Source: Longimicrobiales bacterium (GTDB lineage: Bacteria > Gemmatimonadota > Gemmatimonadetes > Longimicrobiales > Gaopeijiaceae). From it: a DNA stretch of 64,000 nt. Location: the NCBI GenBank assembly GCA_965238005.1, contig OZ250165.1:1-64000 (forward strand), given 5' to 3'. Position numbers and translations under genes: made by a program. The notes under the pieces were generated by a model, which worked only from the letters and a program-made list of their open reading frames with translations, was not told the DNA's origin and did no database searches. The first letter of the stretch is position 1. The number at the start of each line of letters is the position of its first letter. Shown here in pieces: positions 47,357-58,966 of the stretch.

Positions 47357-48394
47357 ATGTTTGTCGCAGGCATCGACGCTCACGCAACGTATTCGGTGAT
47401 CGCCATCGTGAGCAACACAGGTCAGCTCGTACACGGACCCGCTCGGATCAAGAACAAGGAAGAGGATCGATTCGATGAACTGTTCAAGCAGTATCGGCCC
47501 CTCGAGGTGGTCGTCGAGACGAGTCCGGCCTGGCCCTGGCTCTTCGATCGACTGCAGGGCTGTGGGATCCACTTCGTGCTCGCCCACGCCAAGCGGCTTC
47601 GAGTCATCGCCGAGTCCAGCTACAAGAGTGACGACATCGACGCCGAGCTCTTGGCGCGTATGCGGCTCGCGGGCCTCATCCCCGAGGTCCATCCCAAGTC
47701 CATCGAGCAGAGAGAGCAGGCGGTGCTCCTACGCAACCGGGCGAGACTCGTACGGGAACGCACCCGAATGGTCAACCGCATCCACGCCCAGCTCCACAAC
47801 GTCGGACTTCACCTGGAGCGTGGGCGTCTGCTCACCCAGGATGGACGTCAGTGGGTGCGAGACGAGGCATGGCCCCGGCTCGGAGACGAGCGGCGTCTTT
47901 TCATCGACATGCAGTGGGCCCTCATCGACCAGCTCGTACCGATGATCAAAACCCTCGATCGCAGGGTCGAGCACATGGGCCGAGAGATCCCGGCCGTGGC
48001 GGTCCTCGAGACCATCCCCGGCATCGGTTCTTACCGGGCACTGCTCATTGCGACCGAAACATTGCCCATCGAGCGATTCCGCACTCCCGCTCACCTGGTG
48101 AGCTACGCCGGCCTCGCCCCGCGCTCTTCACAGTCCGGCCTGCGTCCCATCCGCCACGGATCGATCCCCGCCGGGGCCAACCGTTGGCTGAGGGGCACCT
48201 TCGTCCGGGCCGTCGTGAGCCACGTCGCTCACGCGCCCGACAGTTGGCTGTCCGAGTCCTACGACCAGATGAAGCAGCGTCTCGGGTGGCAGGTCGCCCG
48301 GGTCGCTACCGCTCGTCGCCTCGCCCGCGCCGTTCACGCGATGCTCCGCACAGGTGAGGTCTGGCGAGATGAACGCGTGTCCCAACAAAACTGA
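47357..48394 (+). CDS. IS110-family DEDD recombinase
   Basis: AGIDAH, VVET, KSDDIDA, TIPGIG, YAGLAP..SQSG, ATARRLA. Confidence 0.95.
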   Translation: MFVAGIDAHATYSVIAIVSNTGQLVHGPARIKNKEEDRFDELFKQYRPLEVVVETSPAWPWLFDRLQGCGIHFVLAHAKRLRVIAESSYKSDDIDAELLARMRLAGLIPEVHPKSIEQREQAVLLRNRARLVRERTRMVNRIHAQLHNVGLHLERGRLLTQDGRQWVRDEAWPRLGDERRLFIDMQWALIDQLVPMIKTLDRRVEHMGREIPAVAVLETIPGIGSYRALLIATETLPIERFRTPAHLVSYAGLAPRSSQSGLRPIRHGSIPAGANRWLRGTFVRAVVSHVAHAPDSWLSESYDQMKQRLGWQVARVATARRLARAVHAMLRTGEVWRDERVSQQN

Positions 48395-48424
48395 GGTGTC
48401 ACACCACGATGTATCGTACCACGA

Positions 48425-48600
48425 CAGGGGTGAGCTCCGCGCGCAGCATGTCGCTCGACGACCCTCAGATTCTGACTGAGCCCCCCGCTCGCATAGCAGA
48501 TCTTCGGACGTCCCCGCGTTGGGACGAAACCTGAATAGATGCCTGAGTTCCTCGTGAGAGGAGACTCGCCCAAGATCGGCCGCGACGTCGGTACCGAAGT
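48425..48600 (+). ncRNA. putative bridge/seek RNA of the IS1111 element
   Basis: Target-matching segments GCGCAGCA (48441-48448) and CAGATTCTG (48466-48474) flank a hairpin. Donor-matching AGATC (48498-48502) and ATAGATG (48535-48541) flank hairpin CGTCCC/GGGACG. Boundaries approximate. Confidence 0.65.
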
Positions 48601-48968
48601 TGAAAACAGGAAAATGATCACGCAGGCCTTGAGCTACAGCCTAGACGACCGAGCCACCCATCCACTTCCCCGGACGGGTAAGGGAGGGCTACGCCCTGTT
48701 GACTTTCTTCGCCTTATAGATGACTGAGCCCCCCGCTCGCATAGCAGATCTTCGGACGTCCCCGCGTTGGGACGAAACCTGAATAGATGCCTGAGTTCCT
48801 CGTGAGAGGAGACTCGCCCAAGATCGGCCGCGACGTCGGTACCGAAGTTGAAAACAGGAAAATGATCACGCAGGCCTTGAGCTACAGCCTAGACGACCGA
48901 GCCACCCATCCACTTCCCCGGACGGGTAAGGGAGGGCTACGCCCTGTTGACTTTCTTCGCCTTATAGA
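48473..48968 (+). repeat. 248-bp tandem duplication (48473-48720 and 48721-48968)
   Basis: Two apparently identical units, each beginning TGACTGAGCCCC and ending CGCCTTATAGA. Confidence 0.92.
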
Positions 48969-49517
48969 TGCTGCACGAGGGCCCCGACCGGCTTTGCGGG
49001 GAGTGGCGGGGGCGGGGGCGGCGCGTCCGGCAGCAGCCTCATCATCGGGTCGAGAAAGTAGAGCCTGCCGTCTAGGGAGTTCGGCCGCCGGTCCGGCGCA
49101 TTCGGCCGCCAGTCCGGTGCATTCGGCTGCGACCCGCATGAGCATCGCCCCCACCTCGGGGTCCAACCTGCCACGCACCAAGTACATGCCGTCCTCGTCC
49201 GGGAAGATCGAGAAGCACCTGGAGCGATGCCGCATCCTCTCGAGCTCCTGTTCGTCCCACCGGTTCAGCCGCCGCCACGCCCTTACCACCCGCTGAAGCT
49301 GGGCCGCTCCGACCGCCGCCCTCGTGCACCGGCCAAAGCTGCCGCTGGGCTGGATGGGACGCCGTTGGGGCCTGCTCGCGCTGGAATCCCGAACCGGACT
49401 CCGACCGCCGCCCTGGTGCACCGGGCAAGGGGCGCTGACGGGACGCCGTGGGAGCGCGTGGACCGCGCCAGATGGGCCCGACCTGACCACCCCGCCGTCT
49501 AGAGCCGCTCTACGTCC

Positions 49518-50798
49518 CTAGCTCCGCTCCACCACCATCGCGAACCCCAGCGCCCCGGCGGCGCACACCGTGATGAGTCCCAGCTCGGCATCCCTGCGCT
49601 TCATCTCGTTGAGGAGGGTCGTGGTCAGCCGGGCGCCGGTGGCACCGAAAGGGTGTCCGATGGCGATGGAGCCGCCCATAACGTTGATGACATCCACGTC
49701 GGGGTGGCCGACGGCCTCACTCCGTCCCAGCTCCTCCTGGGCGAACTTGTTGGACGACAGCGCCTGGAGGTTGGAGAGCACCTGTGACCCGAACGCCTCG
49801 TGCATCTCCATGAGGTCGATGTCCGCCATGGTGATTCCCGCCCGCTCCAGAGCGATGGGCGTCGCGTACGCCGGTCCCTGGAGGAGCTGGCCTTGTGGAT
49901 CCAGGCCGGAGAACGCGTAGCTCCTCACGTAGCCCATGGGCTCGATCCCCTCTGCCTTCACGCGCTCCTCCGACATGAGCATCACCGCCGAGCCTCCGTC
50001 GGTGAGAGGCGAGGCGTTGCCTGCCGTGACGCTTCCGTGGTTCCGGTCGAAGACCGGCCTGAGCTTGGCCAACGCATCGGCGCTCGTGTCGGTCCGGATG
50101 CCGTTGTCGGTCTCCAGCACCGTCTCGAAGCGCGGCGGGACGTAGAGCGGGGCGATCTCCGCTCGGAGCCTGCCGTCCTCCGTTCCCGCCGCGGCAAGGT
50201 GATGGGACCGGAGCGCCCAGGCGTCCTGGTCCTCCCGGGATATGCCGTTCTCTTTGGCCATCCGCTCCGCCGACTCGCCCATGCTCTCACCCGTGGTGGG
50301 CTCTGCGATCTTGGGGAAGTCGGGGATGAGGTCCTTGGGTCGGATCCTGGCGAGCCGCGCCAGGCGGGCTTTCACGCTCTTGGCCTTCGAGACGGCGATG
50401 AGGGTCTCCGACAGGGACTGCTTGATGGTGATCGGGATCTGCGACAGCGACTCGGCGCCCCCTGCCACCACCACATCGGCGTAGCCTCGCTCGATGAGGT
50501 TCACCCCGTCGGCGATGGCCTGGTTGGACGAGGCGCAGGCCCGGGAGACCGTCACCGCCGGAACGGTCTTGGGCAGGGTGGCCAGCCCCACCTCCCGCGC
50601 GATGTTCGGGGCGTGGGGATTGTGGACGACCGTGCCGTACACAAGGTGGTCCACCTCCTCCCCGGGAATCCCGCTCCGGTCCATGAGCTCCCGGACGGCC
50701 AGGGTCCCTAGCTCGATGGCCGTCATGTCCTTCAGCTCGGATCCGGATCGGACGAACGGGGTGCGGCATCCCGCTATGACAGCGGCGCGATTCGACAT
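49518..50798 (-). CDS. fadI: acetyl-CoA C-acyltransferase (FadI-type thiolase)
   Basis: PNIARE, SRACASS, HEAF, GHPFGATG, CAAG. Confidence 0.9.
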   Translation of the reverse strand: MSNRAAVIAGCRTPFVRSGSELKDMTAIELGTLAVRELMDRSGIPGEEVDHLVYGTVVHNPHAPNIAREVGLATLPKTVPAVTVSRACASSNQAIADGVNLIERGYADVVVAGGAESLSQIPITIKQSLSETLIAVSKAKSVKARLARLARIRPKDLIPDFPKIAEPTTGESMGESAERMAKENGISREDQDAWALRSHHLAAAGTEDGRLRAEIAPLYVPPRFETVLETDNGIRTDTSADALAKLRPVFDRNHGSVTAGNASPLTDGGSAVMLMSEERVKAEGIEPMGYVRSYAFSGLDPQGQLLQGPAYATPIALERAGITMADIDLMEMHEAFGSQVLSNLQALSSNKFAQEELGRSEAVGHPDVDVINVMGGSIAIGHPFGATGARLTTTLLNEMKRRDAELGLITVCAAGALGFAMVVERS

Positions 50799-51088
50799 AT
50801 GAATGGTCCGGCTGGCGTTGTAGGCGGACTGGAACGGATGCTACCCCAGCGTCACGTCCGGTTCCGGGCCGAGACAGGGGATCCCCGGTCGTGATCGGCC
50901 GCCCCCTCCGGTGGCTACGCGCATCCCGCCCCGCTAGACTGGGTGCCACTGGAATGCCCGCTTCGGCGCGACCCAAGGCTCGAAGTCGGAGCGTGGATGC
51001 GCCGAGGCCGGCGCTTGTCTGACATCGCGGACCAACGCTGCCTCGGTGTGTTCCGGGTGCACCCGACCATCTCGACCGGCTGGAGGCA

Positions 51089-52366
51089 ATGAAGGGAGTC
51101 ACCTTCGACGTATCCATCCCGCGCTTCATCCTGGCGAAGACCGCCGGGAGGGTGACCGACTCTGCCTTCTTCGGCGCCCTCAGCGGGCTCAGGATACGGG
51201 ATCTTCCCGACCTCGAGCTCCCGGGGCCAGGCTGGGTCGAGATCGAGGTCATCGCGGGCGGGATCTGTGGGAGTGACATCGGGAACCTCACCTACGAGTC
51301 CAGCCCGGCCATGGAGCCCTTCGGCTCGTTTCCCGCCGTCCTGGGACACGAGATCTTCGGCCGTGTGAAGTCCGTGGGGGGCGAGGTGACGAGGGTCGAA
51401 GTCGGGCAACGGGTGACCGTGAACCCCGCGATCTCCTGCACCACCCGAGGCTACTCGAGGAGCGATCGCTGCCCGTCGTGCTCGTGGGGGTACCACTTCA
51501 CCTGCGAGCGGGCGGGCGAGGAGGCGCGGACCATGGTGGCCGGCCGCTGCCTCTCTGCCGGCACCACGGTGGGCTACCACCGGGATCTCCGGGGAGGGTG
51601 GGGCGAGACGGTCATCGCCCACGAATCCCAGGTCTTCCCCGTCGACGATGCGCTGTCCGACAACGCGGCCGTCCTGATCGAGCCTCTCTCCATCGCCATG
51701 CACGCGGTGCTCCAGACGTCGCCCAAGGAGCACGAGCCTGTTCTGGTCATCGGAAGCGGCACCATCGCGCTGGCCACCATCTGGGCGGTTCGTGCCGTGG
51801 GATACCAGGGCTTCCTCCTGGCACAGGCGAAGCGGGACCACGAACAGGAGTCGGCTCTGAAGATGGGAGCCAGCGACGTGGTGACGCCGGGGCCCGAGGC
51901 CCGGCAGGCGTTGGTGGACACCGGATCCCTGGCCTATATGCCCATCGTTGGCCCCGAGGTCTTCGCCGGGGGCGGCTTCCCCCTCATCTACGACTGCGTG
52001 GGCAACGACTCGAGCCTGAGCCAGTCCCTCCGATTCGCGTCACCCCGGGGGCGTGTCGTCGTCATCGGATGTGTGGGGGAGCTCAAGAAGCTGGACCTGA
52101 CCTTCCTGTGGGCTCGTGAGCTCCGGCTTCGGGGGTCGGTGGGCTACGGACAGGAGACGTGGAGGGGCGAGCGCCGCCACACCTTCGAGATCGCCCACGA
52201 TCTGCTCCTCGAGACGGGGACGCCGGTCGAGGAGATGGTGACCCACGCTTTCCCGCTCCATCAGTACCGTGACGCGCTGAAGGCGGCTGCGAATCACCGC
52301 CGTAGCGGCGCGGTGAAGGTGATCCTGCGGCCCGGCGCGAGCAGCCCGCTGCCCCGCGCTCGGTGA
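51089..52366 (+). CDS. zinc-dependent medium-chain dehydrogenase
   Basis: GICGSD, LGHE, structural Cys cluster, GSGTIA. Confidence 0.9.
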   Translation: MKGVTFDVSIPRFILAKTAGRVTDSAFFGALSGLRIRDLPDLELPGPGWVEIEVIAGGICGSDIGNLTYESSPAMEPFGSFPAVLGHEIFGRVKSVGGEVTRVEVGQRVTVNPAISCTTRGYSRSDRCPSCSWGYHFTCERAGEEARTMVAGRCLSAGTTVGYHRDLRGGWGETVIAHESQVFPVDDALSDNAAVLIEPLSIAMHAVLQTSPKEHEPVLVIGSGTIALATIWAVRAVGYQGFLLAQAKRDHEQESALKMGASDVVTPGPEARQALVDTGSLAYMPIVGPEVFAGGGFPLIYDCVGNDSSLSQSLRFASPRGRVVVIGCVGELKKLDLTFLWARELRLRGSVGYGQETWRGERRHTFEIAHDLLLETGTPVEEMVTHAFPLHQYRDALKAAANHRRSGAVKVILRPGASSPLPRAR

Positions 52367-52393
52367 TCGGAGGGGTAGTGGCGGTGAACCACC

Positions 52394-52470
52394 ACCCCGC
52401 GGCTGATCAACGACCCCGCGCCTGATCAACCTCCCCGGCGGCCGATGATCCGCCGACCCCCGCGGCTGAT
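52394..52470 (+). repeat. four degenerate CCCCGCGGCTGAT units
   Basis: ACCCCGCGGCTGAT, ACCCCGCGCCTGAT, CCCGGCGGCCGAT, ACCCCGCGGCTGAT between convergent genes. Confidence 0.6.
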
Positions 52471-52477
52471 AATCGCC

Positions 52478-53035
52478 CTAGAGTGGCAGCCGCAGAACCT
52501 CCGGATGAACGCGACTCCCCGACCGGGGTCCGGCAACGTCCACACCCTCGATCCCAAGGAGGGTGACCTTGCGGTGCTGTCCCCCCGAGTATCCGCCCAG
52601 CTTGCCGTCGCTCCGGACCACCCGGTGGCACGGCACGACGATGGGGAGCGGATTGGCTCCCACGGCCTGGCCGACGGCCCGGGCCGCGCCCGGATCTCCC
52701 AACTCGTCGGCGATGTCGCCGTACGAGACGATGCGGCCGTAGGGGATGTGCATGAGCCGCTCGAAGATGCGCCTCTGAAAGGTCGTGGCGCCCGAGAAGT
52801 CGAGAGGCAGGTCGAAGCCCTTCCGGCGGCTCTCGAGGTACTCGCGGAGCTGCCGGAGCGCGAGGGCCAGGGTGGTGTCGCTGGCCGGGTCCCAGTGGCT
52901 CTCTTCGATCATGTCCTGCTGGATGTAGCCTACCCGACGAACGCCGTTGCGCGTGACCCAGACCGCCAGGGGCCCGAGGGGTGTGTCTTCGAGAACGCCG
53001 GACAAGACCGCAGAGGCACCGTCACGCCCAGGCAT
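52478..53035 (-). CDS. ogt: methylated-DNA-protein-cysteine methyltransferase
   Basis: IPYG, ARAVG, NPLPIVVPCHRV. Confidence 0.93.
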   Translation of the reverse strand: MPGRDGASAVLSGVLEDTPLGPLAVWVTRNGVRRVGYIQQDMIEESHWDPASDTTLALALRQLREYLESRRKGFDLPLDFSGATTFQRRIFERLMHIPYGRIVSYGDIADELGDPGAARAVGQAVGANPLPIVVPCHRVVRSDGKLGGYSGGQHRKVTLLGIEGVDVAGPRSGSRVHPEVLRLPL

Positions 53036-53541
53036 CAGTGCGCCGCCTCCCGCTCGCCAAGGACGCTGCCGCCGGTGCTTCCCTGGCTCTCGCTCGGTCC
53101 GGCCCTCCGCTCGTCACGCAGGGCCTCTCGCAGGGCGTCGAAGGCCAGGAGCGCGCACTTGATGCGAACGGGGAACTTGCTGACGCCCTGAAGAGCTCTC
53201 AGGTCCCCCATCGAACGGTCATTCGCCGCCTCCTCGCTGCCGTGCATCATCTCGGTAAAGCGGTCGGCCAGCTTGATGGCGTGGCTGCGGCTCCCCCCCT
53301 TAACGAGAGCCGTCATCATCGACACGGACGCCTGGGATATGGAGCAGCCCTGGCCCACGAAGCGGATGTCCTCTATTGCGTCCCCGTCCAGACGCAGTTG
53401 GACCGTGATTTCGTCTCCGCACACCGGGTTGCTCACGCGAGCCTCCACCGTGTGATCCGCCAGCTCCGACTTGTTCCGCGGATTGCGGTAGTGCTCGAGA
53501 ATGAGCTGCTGGTAGAGAGAGGTCAGCGAGGGTTCCGTCAT
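53035..53541 (-). CDS. sufU: SUF-system NifU-like protein SufU
   Basis: ILEHYRNPRN, NPVCGD, GCSISQAS, RIKCA. Confidence 0.93.
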   Translation of the reverse strand: MTEPSLTSLYQQLILEHYRNPRNKSELADHTVEARVSNPVCGDEITVQLRLDGDAIEDIRFVGQGCSISQASVSMMTALVKGGSRSHAIKLADRFTEMMHGSEEAANDRSMGDLRALQGVSKFPVRIKCALLAFDALREALRDERRAGPSESQGSTGGSVLGEREAAH

Positions 53542-53627
53542 CAGCTAGTCGCGAAATAGGGGAACTGAATCAGCTATAGTACTGCCTCGGTCCCGAGATT
53601 TCGAATTTGAGCTTCCGAGGCGGGTCG

Positions 53628-54875
53628 TCAGGCCGTGCCGAAAATCCCCTGGACCAGACCCAGGCCTTCGGCCAGCTGGTCCACGTCCTCCAGAGAATTG
53701 TAGAGGTAGAAGGACGCTCGCGCGGTGGCCGAGACGCCGAAGTGCTGCATGACGAGCTGAGCGCAGTGGTGGCCCGCGCGGATGGCGATCCCCTCGGAAT
53801 CGAGAATCGTGGAGATGTCGTGGGGGTGGGCGTCACCCATGAGGAACGACACGACTCCAGACCGCTCGTTCAGGTCGGTGGGGCCGAAGATCCGGACGTC
53901 ATCGACGTCGCTCAGCCGCTCGATGGCATAGGACATCACGTCCCGCCCGTGCTCGGCGATGGCGTCGAAGCCCAGCTCCTCCAGGAAGTCCACGGCGGCG
54001 GCGATGCCGATGGCCCCCGCGATGTTCGGGGTACCGGCCTCGAACTTGTGGGGCACCTCGGCCCAGGTGCTCTCCTCCCGACCCACGATCCGGATCATCT
54101 CGCCCCCGCCATGATACGGCGGCATGGACTCCAGGAGCTCCCTACGAGCCCAGAGTCCGCCGATGCCGGTGGGCCCGCACATCTTGTGGCCCGAGAAGGC
54201 GTAGAAGTCGCAGCCCAGCGCCTGGACGTCGACCCGGCGGTGGGGAACGGCCTGTGCTCCGTCCACCAGCACGAGAGCGCCAGCGGCTTTGGCCTGCTCG
54301 GCGATGTCACGGACCGGGTTGACGGTCCCCAGGGCGTTCGACACATGGGAGATGGCGACCAGCCGGGTGCGCTCGGTGAGCAGCTCCGGAAGGTGGTCGA
54401 GGATGAGCCGGCCCTCGTCGTCCATCTCGATGTACTTGAGCCTCGCGCCGGTGCGGCGCGCCACCAGCTGCCAGGGGACGATGTTGGAGTGGTGCTCCAT
54501 GGTGCTGAGGAGGATCTCGTCCCCCTCCCGGAGGTTCTCGAGTCCCCAACTGCCGGCGACCAGGTTGATGGCCTCGGTCGTGCCACGCGTCCACACCAGC
54601 TCGTGGGCCTCGGCGGCGCCGATGAAGCGGGCCACCCTGGCCCTGGCCTCCTCGTAGGCCAAGGTGGACCTGCGGCTCAGCTCGTGGATGCCCCGATGGA
54701 CATTGGCGTTGGTGTGCTCGTAGTACTCGTTCAGGGCGTCGATGACGCTCTGCGGCTTCTGGGAGGTGGCGGCGTTGTCGAGGTAGACGAGGGGCTTTCC
54801 ACCGACCTCTTCACGCAGGATCGGGAAGCGGTCTCGCACGGCGGCCCAGTCGAGCCGAGGGGTTGTGACAGGCAT
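53628..54875 (-). CDS. sufS: cysteine desulfurase SufS
   Basis: YLDNAATSQKP, SGHKM, FEAGTP, RAGHHCA. Confidence 0.96.
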   Translation of the reverse strand: MPVTTPRLDWAAVRDRFPILREEVGGKPLVYLDNAATSQKPQSVIDALNEYYEHTNANVHRGIHELSRRSTLAYEEARARVARFIGAAEAHELVWTRGTTEAINLVAGSWGLENLREGDEILLSTMEHHSNIVPWQLVARRTGARLKYIEMDDEGRLILDHLPELLTERTRLVAISHVSNALGTVNPVRDIAEQAKAAGALVLVDGAQAVPHRRVDVQALGCDFYAFSGHKMCGPTGIGGLWARRELLESMPPYHGGGEMIRIVGREESTWAEVPHKFEAGTPNIAGAIGIAAAVDFLEELGFDAIAEHGRDVMSYAIERLSDVDDVRIFGPTDLNERSGVVSFLMGDAHPHDISTILDSEGIAIRAGHHCAQLVMQHFGVSATARASFYLYNSLEDVDQLAEGLGLVQGIFGTA

Positions 54876-54897
54876 GGCGATAAGCCTTCAGGACATG

Positions 54898-55224
54898 CTA
54901 GATCTGTACGAAGATCTCTTGGTCCCTGACCTCAACGTCGAAGGATTTCACGGGCCGGATCGCGGGCAGCTGCGTGGCCCGTCCGGTGCATACGTCAAAC
55001 TTGGCACCATGGTACATGCATTCCAACTCGTTACCCTCGAGCTCTCCGTCGGAGAGCGGGAATTCCTGGTGTGAGCACTCATCCTTGAGGGCGTAGATGT
55101 TTCCGTCGACGTTGGCGAGAACGACCCTCACGTCCCCGACCTCCACGTCCAGGAGGTTCCCCGGTGGGCACTGATCGAGCTCGGCGACCTTCACCCACTC
55201 CGCTGCGCTGGCTTCATTGGACAT
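54898..55224 (-). CDS. Rieske (2Fe-2S) ferredoxin
   Basis: CSH...CMYH. Confidence 0.92.
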   Translation of the reverse strand: MSNEASAAEWVKVAELDQCPPGNLLDVEVGDVRVVLANVDGNIYALKDECSHQEFPLSDGELEGNELECMYHGAKFDVCTGRATQLPAIRPVKSFDVEVRDQEIFVQI

Positions 55225-56580
55225 GCGCCTGCAGCTTCTGCTCGATGGCCCGCGTGACCTTCTCCACGACGCCGCCCAAGGGCAGTCGGGAGATGACGTC
55301 GCCCAGGAACCCGAGGACCACCAGTCGCTCCGCCTGCTGGCGGCTGAGTCCCCGGCTCAGCAGGTAGAACAGCGCCTCGGCGTCGAGCTGGCCCACCGTG
55401 GCCCCGTGGGAGCACTTCACGTCGTCGGCCTCGATCTCGAGGTTGGGTAGCGAGTCCGCCCGTGCCTCGTCAGAGAGGAGCAGGTTGCGGTTCGTCTGAT
55501 ACGCGTCCGTCCCCTGGGCTCCGGGATGGACCCGGATGATCCCCCGGAACGCGGCGCGCGAGGCACCGTCCAGGGCGCCCTTGTACAGCAGGTCGCTCCT
55601 GGTGTTGGGAGCCACGTGATCCTGGCTCGTGTTGTGATCGAAGTGCTGGTCCTCGTCGCCGAAGTAAAGGCCCAGCATGTCGCTGTTGGCTCCGGGCCCC
55701 AGAAGCCGGGCATTCAAGTCGACTCGACTCACCGACCCACCCAGGCTCACGTTGAGCGTGTCGAGCGTCGAGTCACGGTGCGCAAGCGTCCGCTGGGCCG
55801 ACTGACAGAACACGCCGCGACCTGACCGCTGGATGGACACGTACTGAACTTGAGCGCCGTCCTTTGCGATGATCTCGACGGCGGAGGACGACAGCGTGCA
55901 CTCGTCGGCGTCCTGGGACAGGAGCTCCTCGACGTACGACACCTGGCTGCCGGCCTCTGCGATGACGAGGGTCCGGGTGCAGACGGCCGAGCCGGCCTGC
56001 GAGAGCCAGCGAGTGGCCCGCACCGGAAGCTCGAGACGCGCGCCGCGGGGAACGTAGAGGACGACTCCGTCCGTCCAGAGCGCCGCGTTCAGGGCTTCGA
56101 ACTTTCCCTGCTCGGGCGGGAGAGCGTCGACGGCGAGGTGCTCCTCCACCAGGTCTGCGTGATCCTCCACGGCGGACCGCAGGGAGGTGAGGATAATTCC
56201 CTGGGCCGCCAGATCCGCTTCCAGGTCGACGTGCACCGCCAGGCCGTCCACAAGCACCGAATGCCCCGACGCGGCCCGGTCCTCGCCCATGGCGTCCTCC
56301 AGGAGTTTGGGTCGTGGCGCGTCCGGGTCGGTATCCTCCGGCATGAGGAGCCTCAGCGACTCGAGATCGACGATCCGGGAGAGGTCGGTGTAGCGCCACT
56401 CCTCCGAGCGGGTGGTGGGAAGGGAGGTGTCCTCGTAGACGGACCACGCGTGCTCTCGGCGCCGGCACAGCCAGTCCGGGGCGCCTCGACCTCGACCCAG
56501 GCGCTCGACCGCTGCGCCGTCGAGGGAAGCCGTGGCGTCCTCCCGCTCCAGGGTCGACATGGCCCCGGTCGTGCTCGTCA

Positions 56581-56581
<1 letters not shown>
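55214..56581 (-). CDS. sufD: Fe-S cluster assembly protein SufD
   Basis: EEWRYT, PNLEIEADDVKCSHGAT, FYLLSRG. Confidence 0.95.
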
Positions 56582-57996
<1,415 letters not shown>

Positions 57997-58071
57997 GACC
58001 GTTGTCCTGCTGAAGTCGGCGGGTGATCCCGCTAGAAATCTAGTGTCTTACGTATCTTGGGTGTTAGGGGG

Positions 58072-58851
58072 CTATACCGAAACCTCTTCCCTTTCCTTCC
58101 AGTCTGAGTACCCCTGCTCCTCCAACTCCACCGCCACCTCCGGCCCACCGGTCCGCACGATCCGGCCGTCCACCATCACGTGCACCACATCGGGCGTGAT
58201 GTAGTTGAGGAGACGCTGATAGTGGGTGATGACCAGGACGGTCATCTCGGGGTCCTCCTCGCGCAGCTTGTTCACCCCGTTGGCCACGATCTTGACGGCG
58301 TCGATGTCCAGGCCCGAGTCGGTCTCGTCCATTACCGCCAGCGCAGGCCGTAGAACGGCCATCTGGAGGATCTCGTTTCGCTTCTTCTCGCCTCCGCTGA
58401 AGCCGTCGTTCACGGAGCGCTCGGCGAAGGCTGGCTCCATGTCCAGGAGCTCCATGCGGTCGATGAGCTCGTCCTGGAAATCGAAGAGGTCGAGATCCTC
58501 GTCGCCTCCCAGTCGAGCCTGGAGGGCGGTCCTCAGGAAGTTGGCGATGGAGACCCCGGGGATCTCGGCGGGGTACTGGAACGCGAGGAATATCCCCGCA
58601 AGCGCGCGCTCGTCCGGCTCCATCTCGAGGATGGACTCCTCACGGTATGTAACGTCGCCGGCCGTGACCTCGTGTCCGGGGTGGCCGGCCAGGACCTTGG
58701 CGAGGGTGCTCTTGCCGGAGCCGTTGGGCCCCATGATGGCGTGGATCTCGCCCCGCTGGAGCTCGAGATCCACCCCGTTCAAAATCGGGAGATCCTCGTC
58801 GACGACCTTGGCATGAAGGCCGGTAATCTTAAGAATTGGAGTGTCAGCCAT
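58072..58851 (-). CDS. sufC: Fe-S cluster assembly ATPase SufC
   Basis: GPNGSGKST, FSGGEKKR, DETDSGLD, ITHYQR. Confidence 0.97.
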   Translation of the reverse strand: MADTPILKITGLHAKVVDEDLPILNGVDLELQRGEIHAIMGPNGSGKSTLAKVLAGHPGHEVTAGDVTYREESILEMEPDERALAGIFLAFQYPAEIPGVSIANFLRTALQARLGGDEDLDLFDFQDELIDRMELLDMEPAFAERSVNDGFSGGEKKRNEILQMAVLRPALAVMDETDSGLDIDAVKIVANGVNKLREEDPEMTVLVITHYQRLLNYITPDVVHVMVDGRIVRTGGPEVAVELEEQGYSDWKEREEVSV

Positions 58852-58879
58852 GGGGGCGGAACTCTGGCGAATAGACCTT

Positions 58880-58898
58880 ATTGAGAATGATTCTTCTT
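58880..58898. promoter_or_regulatory. Fur-box-like site upstream of sufC
   Basis: TGAGAAT-G-ATTCTTC resembles the 7-1-7 Fur consensus. AT-rich patch in GC-rich DNA. Confidence 0.55.
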
Positions 58899-58966
58899 TT
58901 CATCAAAGCTAGAGAGGTGTGGATGTACCGTCAAGCTGAGCCACTGTTCCATGAGGTGGCTCGACC

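Larger units (their letters stand above)
47265..48968 (+). mobile_element. IS110 family, IS1111 subgroup element with duplicated right end
   Basis: Sub-terminal IRs TATAAGGCGAA (47269-47279) and TTCGCCTTATA (48708-48718, repeated at 48956-48966). Core TG on both flanks. Long downstream non-coding region. Confidence 0.88.
47124..49330 (-). pseudogene. DUF222/HNH-like gene remnant interrupted by the IS110 element
   Basis: VRAWRR...FPDEDGMYLVRGRLDPEVGAML fragment. The C-terminus reads ALVQ|QNQARGVEPD when the IS is removed. Confidence 0.65.

Noticed and set aside
48539..49296. Duplicated ORFs starting MPEFLVRGD
   Set aside because: They lie in the IS non-coding end and its duplication and have no protein-like features.
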